A DNA stretch of 64,000 bases, taken from contig CM119270.1 of the NCBI GenBank assembly GCA_051294375.1, positions 21,411,391 to 21,475,390 of the forward strand. Direction: 5' to 3'. Under the pieces are notes generated by a model. That model ran no database searches and was not told where the DNA came from. It saw only the letters and a program-made list of their open reading frames with translations. Origin of the DNA: Paraspadella gotoi (taxonomy: Eukaryota > Animalia > Chaetognatha). A program made the position numbers and the translations under genes. Every line of letters starts with the position of its first letter. Within the stretch, counting starts at the first letter, position 1. This document shows positions 31,525 to 43,468 of this stretch, in pieces.

Positions 31525-34500
31525 CTACGCCGATCCAGGCGCCCCGAGCGTAAACATGGCGGTAGAGGGCGCGGCTCCGCTCTGCGCCATTAATTTCTGG
31601 CATTCCTGCAGATGTCCTTTGTCACCGAGGCGCTCGAACGTCGACGCTGCTGACGAGAGTAAGATGGCGCGTCGTTCGTCGCTTGCGTTTAACACGAGCG
31701 CCGGTAGATGTTTGCAAGCCTGAGGGAGAGAAAAGAAAAGAACATCGAAATTAGGGATAAAATATTAATTAAAAAAAAAAAATAAATAATTGTCAAAAAA
31801 GTAATGTGTGGCTTATTACGGATAAATTAGTCGAGTTTTAATAACTTAAAGATGTTGATAATTGAAGGAGATTATGCAGATAAAATCATTGTTTATATTT
31901 AATATTAATTTTTTACTTTTATTAAAAAGAAAAGGTTGTTTACAAAAAACGCAACGAAAAGAAAGTCTTAACAAAATGTCTCTAAATTATTATTTGATAT
32001 CATCGAGTAATTTATAATATTAATTCTACCATGAGATAGCAAAGCGCCGACGTGGATTCGTTGATAATCGAGACGCCATCTTCCTCCGCTTCCTGGTCGC
32101 CACGCCCCCTTCGCGTCGTCATCGGTCCGAAGAACGTCGCCGTAACGCCGGCGTCATCGGCGCCGCCGCCTCTGCAGCGACCCCGAAGCAGCAGGGCCTC
32201 CGTGCGGAGCGGCGAGGCGCCGCACATGAGGCGGTAGGCGGCTTCGTGGAGGAGGAGTTTGGGGAGGGCGGCGGAGCGGACGAGGGGGAAGGTGGAGATT
32301 TGGCGGAGGAAGCTGGGAGGGGGGGGAGATGGAAGAGAAGTAAAAATACTGTTAAATAAATACTAATTTCTGTTTAATCAATACTAAGTCAAAATTTTTA
32401 TAACGTAAATCCAGTTTATTGAATCCTAAATTTAGTTGAAAATAACCTAAATCGTGTTAAATAAATCCTAATTCAAGTTTTATTAAATACCAAATCAAAA
32501 ATAATACACACTAAATACAATTTGTTGAATCCTAAATTCAATTAATATAAATTAAATTTAGTCAAATAAATCTTAAATCAAGTTAAACAAATCCCAAGTT
32601 CAGTTTAACAAATCCCGGATCCAGTTTAAAAATTCCTGAATCTAGTTTAACAAATCCTGAAACCAGTTAATACTGACCCCAATTCCTGTTGATAAACTCC
32701 AATGTCGTCGACTTCGAAATCTGAACCAGATTCCATTCCGTCTTCCCACAAGTTGGTCCTTTAATCAAATTAATTTAATAAATATTAAATATGTAACATA
32801 TTTTGTTTGTTGGTCGTTGATTAATTCGCTTCTCGGCTTTGTGTTCACCTCGCTTCACACTTCCTTTACTCACCTTGCAGTCAGAAGCCAATCAGCGGCC
32901 ATCAACTTTACTCACCTTGCAGTCAGAACCCAATCAGCGGCCATCAACTGCAGAATCTCCACCATGTTTCTTTCCTCTTCCTCATCATCTTTGGACCCGG
33001 ATGCAAATTTGTCGTGGGACCGGATGTTCAGCGAAGAGCGGAGTCGAGATCCGGCGTCGTTGCAGGCGGCGATGACGGCGTCGGTTCGTCTGAGAATATT
33101 GTCATTTGAAAATAATAAAGAAAGAGAAAATGATAAAAAAAAGAAAAAATGAATAGAAAGAAAAAAAATAGATGAAGAGATAAAGAAAGAGAAATAGTGA
33201 GAGATAGAGAAAGAGAAATGGAGCGAAAGAAAAAGAAAGAAAAAAAGAAAGAATAAAAGAAATAAAGAAAGAAAGAAAGTAAGAAAAAAACAAAACAAAA
33301 CAAAGGAAGGAAGGAAAGAAAAAAAGAGAGATAATGAGAGGGCAAATCCGGATTCCGGCGGATTCTACCAGAATCACGGATCCGATTCTATTTTCGGATC
33401 TGATTCCATCTGCGATGAGATGAAGAAATTTCTCTTTCAAAAGAGAAACGGAGCGGAAAAAATAGAGAAAGAAAGAGAGAAATAAAAGAAAAAGAAATAA
33501 AAAGAAAGAAAGAAAAATAGAGAAAGAGAAAGGGGGAGAAAAAAAAATTAAAGAATAAAAATTAAAGGAATAAAAAAAATAAATAAAAAAAAAAGAAAAG
33601 ACGACTCCTCACCCATTCCTTCCTTCGGCCTTCAACTTCAAGGACAGGAAGTGTGCCCTGAAGGCGTGGAAAAGGGCGTGAGGGAGCGGATCGTCCGAAT
33701 CCGCGAGATACTTTGGAAAGTTAAGAATCGCGGGGACGAAGGGTGAAGCATCTTCTTCGTTGCCGACGGACAAATTGACGGAGGCCGCGATCAGAGAAGA
33801 CCACCATCTGGGGGAGAAGGAAAATGTAATGTCAGTAATGAAACAATTTACAGTTTACAATGCGTCATATAACAATTTTGTTTTGAAAAAGAAACGGAGA
33901 TTGTTTTTTTTGTTTGATACAACATTAAGCGATTAGTGAAAACGTATTGTAAGATATAGTAAGAGAGAGAGAGAGATAGAGACAGAGAATTAGAAAGAGA
34001 GAGACAAATGATGACCTGGCCAACTCGTCTCCTTGATCGCTCGACGTCAACTGCAGATCGTTGAATGGCAAACGCGACATCTGAATCTTCGACATCTCCA
34101 GCACCAACTGCACCTTGGAGACGACTTCCGCCAGCACCCCCAACGCCTCGTCGCCGGCCGCGCCCATCGCGCGTCGTCCGGCGCCACGAGAGGGCGTCAC
34201 CAGTGCCCGAAGGCAGGATCGCAGCAGCGCCCGTTTGTAGTCGCGGGCGACGAAGCTGAGAGGATTGGCGGCACTGGAAGCCGCGGAAAAAAGGGGCGCC
34301 GTTCGGTGACCGGCGCCGGCGACGCCGTCTGAGGTGGAACAATGGGTTGCGCTCCAGGCGCCGCCGAGGAGGAATCTGGTAGTGGGGGGGAGGAAATATT
34401 TGATATACACTCATGTGCAAAAAAAAAACGCCACTTAATAACTTTTAATTCCAGATGCTCCATAACAATTTTTATAAAAATTATGTAAATAATTTTTTTT

Positions 34501-37500
34501 AAAAAATGTATCAATGTGTAAAAATTGTATAAAAATCGGTCAAGCGGTTCAAGAGATACAGTGTGTCCCAATCGTACTGTCTCTTTAGAAAAGCTTACTG
34601 CTCCTATACCAGATCAAAAAAACTTGAATTCATTATAATGACTATGTGCACAAGTATGGAACATTTTATAGGATTTATTGATATCAATACTTATTTTATA
34701 CAAATTAAAATTTAAATAATTTTTATCTATTTAAAATATTTTTATAATAATATCCTTATGAAATAATACATTTTCAAAATAACCTTTTTTTAAATTTTTA
34801 TTCATAAAAAGTTAGATCGAAAATATAAAATATGTTATTAAAAATTGTAATCTCTTCAGCATCAAAAATAGAAAAAAAGGTAAAAATTCTCCACTTTTTT
34901 ATGCTCTATAATAGAAACTATTATATGATGAAACGTTTTAGTCATTTTTCGCATATTTAACCTAAAAATATCATGATACATATTTTATATTTTACAAAAG
35001 TTTTTCCGTTTTTTCCGGCGAATCCGAAACTATTCTTAAAATTAAAAAAAATATGATTTTGAAATTTTATGATTTTATAAATTTATTACTTTAAGGAAAC
35101 GAATAATTTAATTGCAACAACAACAATTTTTATTGTTAGACGAACATGTTTCGGCTCACAGTTTGAGCCTTCATCAGCGTCTAACAATATAAATTGTTGT
35201 TGTTGCAATTAAATTATTCGTCTCCTTAAACCAAAACACAACAAAAAAGAAAGGATTTACACACAAATTTATTACTATAAAGAAAATTCCATTAATGAAA
35301 CTGCTATGCAAAATTCCATTTGAAAAAGGGCTTAATTATTTTATATTACATATACAAAGGCAGCGTCGCCGAATCTTTTCATCACTCCACCCTAATGAGC
35401 GTCCTAATCAAGCCACCTGTGTCCTTCCCTCGTGCAGAGCAACTGATGCAGGTGCGGTGTGAGTGGACTCCGCGCTCGGTTGGCGAAACGTCGAGCTTTT
35501 GACAGAAGGTAGCGACCGAGGGAGGAAAACCAGCGAGGAGTCAAAGCCTGATCGAGACAGAGAGAGAGAGATGGAGAGGGATATTCAGTGAGAAATATAC
35601 AGAAAGATAATACTGTAAGATCTCCATTCCCTCAGTTGCCTTTCCACTTTCAATCTTACAGTACCGATTACAAGGTGTCTAAAATCAATTTATTCTATCT
35701 AGGCAAGATGGCTAAATTTTTGTTTAAATGGATGACTTTGTACAATTGATTGTATTAATTTAATACATTTTTACCCATGTGACATGACATAACATTGTAT
35801 ATTTTTTACCTTGACCCTCACTGCCGCCAACAAGTAAATTTCCACCATCACTTCAGTGTCCATCGCGTGACTCGCGGCTTCGCCCATGTTGACGGCGGAG
35901 AGGGCGAGATTGAGCGCCGCCATCTTGGATCGCGAGGGGGCGTGACCGGTTAGTTGGAGCTGATGGAGTTGGTGATAAGCGTAGGCGCCATCTCTGGGGG
36001 AACGAAGAGAGAATGGAAATCAGTAAAATGATCATTTATATTCCAGTATTATCACTTCCAACCCCAATCACTTCTATCATTTATATTACAGTTTTATCAC
36101 TTCTAACCTAATCATTTCTATCATTTATATTCTAGTATTATCACTTCCCACCCAATCACTTCTATCATTTATATTCTAGTATTATCACTTCCAATCCAAC
36201 CACTTCTATCATTTATATTCCAGTATTATCACTTTCAACCCAATCACTTCCATCTATTCCAGTATTATCACTTCAAACCCAATCACTTCTATCACTCCCA
36301 AAAATCACCTGAAGCAACTCCTGGCATCTGGATCGCGCAGGTGCGTCCTTCCCGTCAGCCACCTGCCGACGTAGACGCGATGCAGCAGTTGGCGGAAGGC
36401 CTGCCACAGCAGAGACAGGAAAAGATCTAGGCTGGAGACGGGCAGCGGACGCCCCAGCGAGGAGAGGCAGCCCGACAGCTGAGCCCAGGCTTCCGTGTAT
36501 CGACCTTCGGACCAATGAGCGTCCGCTTGTTTTCTGTTTTGTTTTTTTTTTAAATCGCGGGGAGAAAGAAATACTTAATTGCGATATTCAATAATTTATT
36601 CTATTCAGTGCCAAAATGCCATTTAGCCCTGCTCATTAGGTATTTCAAAAAACAAAACAGGACTACTATCAATTAAGTATTTAGAAGGCAGGACTAATTG
36701 AATAAACTATGGCGGCCCTTACCATTAAGACTCATTCCTTACCCGCTCGCCCCCCCTCACTGAGATCTCCCTCACCTGTGCCTCCAGTATTGAACCTTCG
36801 ACTCCGATTTCGCGTTGGTGATTGGTTCTCCGTAAACAAGCAGCTTGGTCAGACACAGCACCACCACCACAGTGTTGAAGGCCCACAACAGGAAGCGTTC
36901 GTTAAAGCCCCAAATGGTGCCGCTGTTGTCGCCGTTGCTGCTGCCGCCGCTGCGGCTTTCTCCCGCTAACCACAGCATCATCCTTCCTCCAGCGTGAAGA
37001 TTCCCGTAGTCGTTGGCGTCGACGCCGGAGGTGGACTGTAATGAGGGGGGATGTGGAAAAAATGGAGGGGAAGTGGAAAAGTTGAAAAGGAAATGGAAAA
37101 TGAAAATGGAGTCATCAAAATGGAAAATGGCCAAATGAAAAAGGAAAATAAAAAAAAATGAAAAAGGAATAAATGGAGGGAATGAGAAAAAGAAAAATAA
37201 AAAGAGAGAAATTAAAAATAGAAAAATCATCTTTCTTTCTCTTTCTTTCTCACCCCAGCGCCTCCATTCTTCGCCAGAGACAAGAAACTCCCGAAAGGAT
37301 TAAAAGCGATGACGGCGAACATGAAGATACAGAGGGCGACACGTGATCGATCCGGCATTCCGGCCGGATTCCTCGTCGGCAAGTTGTTGTTGTTGTTATG
37401 ATGGAAAGCGAGGTGTGATTTGGCGGCGCCGAGAGTCTCAACTCCGTCTTCGTTGCCAGGAGACGAGGGAGCAGAGCTTGAGGAAGTGGGGCTGCTCGGC

Positions 37501-40081
37501 TGAGAGTCGTCAGAGGAAATGACATGGCAGCTGAAGAGTCAAATATATTAAATAAAAATAGATAAACTTAATATTTCAAAATATTATTACTTACTTCACA
37601 CTCGTTTCGGCTTAAGTTAGTAAATATATCCTTAACAGAGACAAACATTTTACTCACAAATTCGACTTATTAAAAATAGACTCTTACTTCCCATCAACTA
37701 GTGCCACCAATCCCCGCTCTCCACTAGCCACACCTATCTCTCCACTACCCCCCTCTCTCCTCTACCCCCCTCTTTCCTCTACCCCTCTCTCTCCACTACC
37801 CCCCTCTCTCCTCTACCCCCTCTCTCTCCACCCACCCACCCACTCACCTACGACGACTCTCCATGAGGTCCAACACTCCGTCATCCTCCACTACGGTGTG
37901 AATCTTTCCGAAAAGATGCGCGATGCCGTTCTCGTTGACGACCTGTTTGTAGGCGTGGTTCTCGGCTCGAAGTTTTCCGTTCTCTCGTTGCAGATGACGA
38001 ATGTAGTCGACGGCCTTGCGGAGGACGGCCGACTTGTTGGTCTTGGCTTCGTCGACGGCGACGAGGTTCTTCAGTTCCACGATTTTGTCGTTGATGGAGC
38101 ATCTGATGGATAGAGAGATGAGTTTTGATGGAGAAATTGATGAGGAAAGATGAACGATTAATTGGACCAATCAATTTTCATCGAAAGTCAATGTCAATAA
38201 AAAATTAGAATCTGACAAAAAAAAATTACATAATAACTGACATAAATTGACGCAACATGACTTAATTGACATAAAACAATTTTCGAGAGCGAGGTACATG
38301 ACATTGAGGTATCCACCTCAAGTCGGGAGAAATTTCGTCAGTTTATTGAATCAATGAATAATTAGTTGCGCAGGGATTACTCGAGGAGCAAATCAATAAG
38401 TCGGTCGGTACATCTCACGTTAAAAATACTCATAACTTGGGTAATACTTAATTTAGTTTATACTTTTTGTTCGTCCACAGTACCATATAAAACCTTTAAT
38501 GTGCATATCCGTGAATGATTCTTGTGCATATCACGTGACCACACAGAACTACGATCAGGTGATTACAAAATAAATGAGGCATATTTCATATAATATTTGG
38601 TTATAGTTAAAACATATATTGGTTGTACCAATTTCATAATAATGTATTCATGTAATTATGTAATTATGATCTCTCAAAAATACACATGAAAATAAAGTCA
38701 TTGCGGCGAAACACACTGAAAGAACCAAACATGAGCAGTAATCTTTCCATTTCAATATCAATTGAGGTAGGAGTAACGAATACGTACAAATTCCAAAAAA
38801 GACAACAACGACAAGGACAACTACCTGTATCTCTTTTCGATGGCGTTGTGAGAATATCTCTTCCCTCCTTTTCCTTTCGACTGAAGTCTCTCGATCGCCA
38901 CTTTTTCTCCGCCGTCGACGACAACGCCGCAGGGCGCCGCCGCGGAGCTGGGCGAGGCGGCCTGCAGCTGCGCGGCCAACGTGGGGGCGCTGGCCACGAT
39001 GGGGGAGAGGGGCAGGCAGGAGGGCGGCGACGACGACGACGAAGACGACGACGAAGACGGCGAGGCTGCGGCGGCGACCGCTGCGACGGCGGACGGAGAC
39101 GGCGTCACCAGGATCGGATGCATCGTCGCGACTCGCTGCGGAGACGAGTGAGCGGCGCGAACGACTTGCTCTTGAGTCAGAATGCGTTGCGGCAGAGTCT
39201 GCAGCGCGGGTTGCGGCAGGAATTGTTGCTGCAGGGGAGCGACGTTTTGCTGCGGAGTTGAGGAAAATTGCGACGACGACGACGACACTGTCAGTAATTG
39301 TTGGATCCGGCGATTCGAAGCGACGGGGGATTGGGTCGGTAAAGGTGCCGACGCGACGCCTGATTGGGTCTGCAAAGGATTGGACATCGGCGCCTCTTGA
39401 TTCAGCTGTGCCTGTGAATTCAGCTGTGCCTGTGGATTCAGCAGTGCCTGTGGATTCAGCTGTGCCTGTGGATTCAGCTGTGCCTGTGGATTCAGCTGCG
39501 CCTGATTATTCAGCTGGGTCTGTGGATTCAGCTGTGGCACTGCGGTCAGCAAGTGCTTGAGAAGGTTCTGGCTCTGCTGATATTCGCGCTGCTGCCGGTC
39601 CTGCTGATCCTGGATTTGCTTTAAAAGATTTTGCAGATTTTCCATTTGGTTGGAGGGAATTGGAGGTTGAGACGGAGGAGGAGCGGCTGAGGGGGAGATT
39701 AAGTTTATTAAGTTAATGAAGAGAAAGTAATTATTGTTATGTGTTAGTGACAGAACCGTTCAATATAAGCAGTCCCTGAGCTTCGGATCAGGCTGTAACA
39801 CCATGTTACAGGCGGTTTAAGCGCCCCGTCCCTCTTAACTGCTAGGCGACCACCGGGCTAGAACCCCGGACCATTGGGTTGGGAGGAAAATGACTTGCCT
39901 CCGGCACCAATGGCCGCTGATGAACGGTTAGTGGATTTTAGTCCAACATATTAATTAATTTTATTAAGAATTAATCTAAATTAGACTTTATTATGATTTA
40001 ATTAACCATGAAGGCTTTATGAGGCTGGACCAACAATCCAATTGTACACCAAGTTCATAAGTTGATGGTCCCATTCTCCCT

Positions 40082-40126
<45 letters not shown>

Positions 40127-40895
40127 AAAAAAAACCCGGATTTCTTTCACATAAATCAACCATAGACTGACCGACAATTCCTTCCTCTCCGACTCACCCG
40201 GCGCCTTTTTCTCACTCACCCGCTCCTTCGACTTCTTCCTTCTTCACCACGAACGGCGACACGGACGCCATCGCCGGCGCCTTTCCCGTCCGCTGCTGCG
40301 GATGTTGCTGCAGAAGCTGCTGCTGAGACGTCGCTCCAGCGACGGCCTGCAGCTGCAGATGATGCTGCGACTGAGACCGGTGACGTCTATTGACCGGCGC
40401 AGGCACGGCGCCTGCCGGAACGGGAACGCCCAAACCCGGCGACATCTTGCCGACGACCAGAGCGGCGCTAACGGGTGGCCAAATTACATTCGGGGAGGAA
40501 TCGTGATTCCAAACAACATCCGGGTGGGCGTGGCCAGATGTTGTAGGGGAGATCGGAATGGAACCTTGAAAAGGTTTGAATCTCGTCGCTGTTACCATGG
40601 TGATGTTATTGTTATTATTATTACTATTATTTTTGTTGTTTACCTTCGGCTTCCGTGATGATAATTGATCGATCTTCATCCTGAGTCATTTGATGATCGA
40701 AAAGGCGATCGTCGAACAAATCTGTCGGGTTATAAATAATTTAATATCAACAATAAATTCTTAATTAAATAATTAAATGTCATTTCTGTTTTACAAAGGC
40801 CGTCCGCCTTTACCGTGCATGAACTGGTCTCCTTCGCCGGTCCCGTGAGCGATGAAGCTAAGTAGTTCCTCGTCAAGATTCAGTTGTGGCTCCAT
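31525..40895 (-). CDS. SREBF: Sterol regulatory element-binding protein, 16 exons
   Basis: In-phase GT-AG exons: 40895-40814, 40721-40644, 40564-40220, 39686-38825, 38102-37848, 37530-37254, 37035-36776, 36533-36309, 35993-35810, 35547-35417, 34375-34016, 33807-33613, 33089-32916, 32758-32678, 32312-32030, 31719-31525. Acidic N-terminus; bHLH-Zip [20 protein letters not shown] with the SREBP-diagnostic Tyr; DRSR + TM1 with NP (S2P motif); luminal RMML (S1P RxxL); TM2 ..[17 protein letters not shown]; C-terminal [17 protein letters not shown] and ACKHLP...[14 protein letters not shown]. Confidence 0.97.
35090..35230 (-). ncRNA. Minimal type I hammerhead ribozyme with 53-bp stem I, in SREBP intron 10 (sense)
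   Basis: Minus strand 35177-35143: CUGAUGA-A-GGCUCA-aacug-UGAGCC-GAAAC-AU-GUU, flanked by 53-nt inverted arms (35178-35230 / 35090-35142) with one G-U wobble and one mismatch on this strand. Confidence 0.8.
36031..36297. repeat. ~42-bp tandem repeat, ~6 copies, SREBP intron 8
   Basis: atcatttatattccagtattatcacttccaacccaatcacttct units. Confidence 0.9.
39846..39918 (-). mobile_element. tRNA-derived SINE head (degenerate tRNA-like) in SREBP intron 3
   Basis: Minus strand GCGGCCATTGGTGCCGGAGG...TCCCAACCCAATGGTCCGGGGTTCTAGCCCGGTGGTCGC has A-box- and B-box-like motifs and an acceptor-like stem; related copy at ~62345-62420. Confidence 0.55.
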
Positions 40896-40990
40896 GGCGG
40901 ATTTAAGGGCGGATTTAAGGCCAGATTAAAGTCCAACGCCAGGCCGATTTAAGGCCAGATTAAAGTCCAACGCCAGGCCGATTCTAGGCC
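40896..40990. repeat. Short tandem duplications directly upstream of the SREBP ATG
   Basis: ggcggatttaag x2 and ggccagattaaagtccaacgccaggccgatt x2. Confidence 0.8.
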
Positions 40991-41239
40991 GCCTTTGGCC
41001 GATGATCAACAGTAATTTTTTACACGTTTGAAAAACCGGGACGAAATTACGGTGTGAAAACAAGAACAAATATTTATTTTTCGTTACGTTGTTTTCTGTA
41101 AATTAACAGGACGATACGTTAAAAGAATGAGTAAATGATGTCATTATGCGTCAAAATTCTCCACGTAACCAAAACACATTTCATTTTTCTTGCATCTTTT
41201 TTTTTTTGTTCTGCCTAAAAGTCAGATTTGTTCTCGTCT

Positions 41240-41305
41240 CTGATTGGTCGATTCGTGTTGTGGTTCGATATGACGTCATCTGGTTCGAGAATTTGGACCA
41301 ATCAG
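41240..41305. promoter_or_regulatory. Symmetric CCAAT-CRE-CCAAT promoter core between SREBP (-) and miR-33 (+)
   Basis: ATTGG 41243-41247, palindromic TGACGTCA 41271-41278, CCAAT 41298-41302; the CCAAT boxes are oppositely oriented on either side of the CRE. Confidence 0.65.
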
Positions 41306-41711
41306 CGATCAGAGTTTCTCGGTGGCCTGATTATCTCCTCTTGGGCCGTCGAACTTGACTCAGGAAAAAAAAACCAGCGTTCCTACTATTTTCTGTTCCA
41401 ACTTCAGACAAAAGGGTACAGTGCATTTTATATTGCTATAAAACTTAACCAACTATTTAACACAAAAATTTCCGTTATTGTATTTTAAAGCGAATAATGA
41501 AAGTATAAGTTTATTTATTCTATAAGCTTTTCATTATCAAACAAAACTCAGACCATAGTGTACGGAACGTCGGGTTTTTTCGATAGAAATAGGATAAGAA
41601 CCCCAGTTCCTTCGCACTCAACTTCTGAATTGCAAAACAAATCTTCGCATCAAAAGTTTTTTTGCCTAATTCGATGAAAACTACAACTACAACTAGTATC
41701 AGCTTCGATTG

Positions 41712-41796
41712 CCTCACAGATGGTGCATTGTAGTTGCATTGCAAGTCACTAATGATACTCCTTGCAATGTTTCCGCAATGCAAGCATTGTAAGAGG
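41712..41796 (+). ncRNA. mir-33: pre/pri-miR-33 hairpin
   Basis: 41723-41743 GTGCATTGTAGTTGCATTGCA is identical to mature miR-33(a)-5p; 3p arm CAATGTTTCCGCAATGCA (from 41765) resembles miR-33a-3p; basal stem cctcacagatg/cattgtaagagg; CNNC (CAAC) at 41803, ~17 nt past the 3' cut. Confidence 0.95.
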
Positions 41797-43406
41797 ATTT
41801 TGCAACAATCAAAAATGACTCGTCGTTTATAAAGACCAGTGTTTGTTGATAATAAAAGGAGAGACTAAAGTAACGATATTTTGTTAGGAAAACAAAACAA
41901 TTTTGAAGCCGACATTTATATTTAAACAGATTCCAGCGCATAAATAATAAGTAAACATCACGGAAAATTACGATAACTTACAACAATCACCTGAATGTCT
42001 ATTGTGAAAATACTAACAAATGCACCCAAAGATAACGAAAACAGCAGGGTCGAAGATAGCATAGACGACTAATTGATTAAAGTATGCAAGTCATTGTAAG
42101 ACAATGTAATGAACTTTATACACGAGTTGTTAACATTTAGAAAATGTGATGTGAAAACGTGAGGGAGCCAAATGAATGAGAATTTGCATTTCGCGATCGT
42201 ACCATTGATTTATTTCGTTTTAAATAAAATAACGTTTTAAGAGTTATAAACAATACAGAGAAAAAGAAAATTATTTTAAAGCTAATCTCGAGAATAGGCG
42301 AGATAAAAATTTAGAAATATTATGATTATAGAAACGGATTTTTAGCCGAAAATATTTGAGTTTTTAACAACGAATTTAATTAAGCCGAAACATGTCCGTT
42401 AATGAAATAAATTTAATTCGTTGTTTAAAACTCAAATCTTTTCCGCTAAACATTATTACAACGAAAACGAATGGATTACACAAAGAAAAGGATTTTAAAA
42501 AAATCTTTAGACTGCCGACATTATAACTCATGCGGTAAAGCTTAATAAACGACACTTTTATTTCTGATTTATGCCTTTCAACAGTCAATATATAAGTGAG
42601 GGAAAAAGGATTTTTGGTGTCGAGAAAGATAGAGAGAGAAAGAGAGGGATCAAGGGAGAAGAGAGAAAAAAAAAGAAAAAAAGAAAAAAAGAAAAAAAGG
42701 AAAGAAAGAAAAAAAGAAAAAAAGAAAAAAAGAAAAAAAGAAAAAAAGAAAGAAAAAAAGAAAGAAAAAAAGAAAGAAAGAAAGAAAGAAAGAGAGAAAG
42801 AAAGAAAGAAAGAAATAACAAAAAGTTAAAAAAGCAAGCGTTGCTTGCCAAACATGCTTGAGTGGACGCAACAAGTTTCACAGTAAGAATGATTTATTCT
42901 TCAACAAGGTTATAAACGATAACAATAACAGGCTCAGATGCTAAGTCTACAACAATGGATATTTACACTGTCAAAGTTGACCATAAAGAGAAATGAGGAA
43001 AAACAATTGAGGGTAAGATTGGTAAGTTCAGTTTTTGACCGAGGTTGCGTGTTGTTGTTGTTGTTGTTGCTCCACACTTGGTTCTTTCCTGGTTCTTGCT
43101 TGGTTCTCGGTGCTTCAGAACCGAGATTCCCCCTTCGTTTTAATTTTTTCAAAATTTCAAAAAAAAAAGTGGGTGAAATCTTTAAACCGATGATATTTAT
43201 AATTAAATTTAACAAAGGATAAAAACTAATACAAGTTTCGAAATCTTTAAACCGATGATATTTATAATCCAATTTAACTTTGGACAAGAGATTGAATTCA
43301 ACCTTTGGAGTTGAACGTGAAAGTTTTGTTTCTCCAATCAATCAAACGAGTTTTGTCGTTCACCTCATTTCACAAGATGTTCACGTTTCTCACAACCCTT
43401 TTCATT

Positions 43407-43468
<62 letters not shown>

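Noticed and set aside
36031-36297. CRISPR-like array (also 27980-28130, 61990-62090)
   Set aside because: Head-to-tail minisatellites with no unique spacers, in a eukaryotic context without cas genes.
41712-41796. miR-33 hairpin read on the minus strand as part of an SREBP 5'UTR intron
   Set aside because: The antisense arm would carry a similar UGCAUUG seed, but the exact conserved mature sequence, G-U wobbles and CNNC motif all work only on plus.
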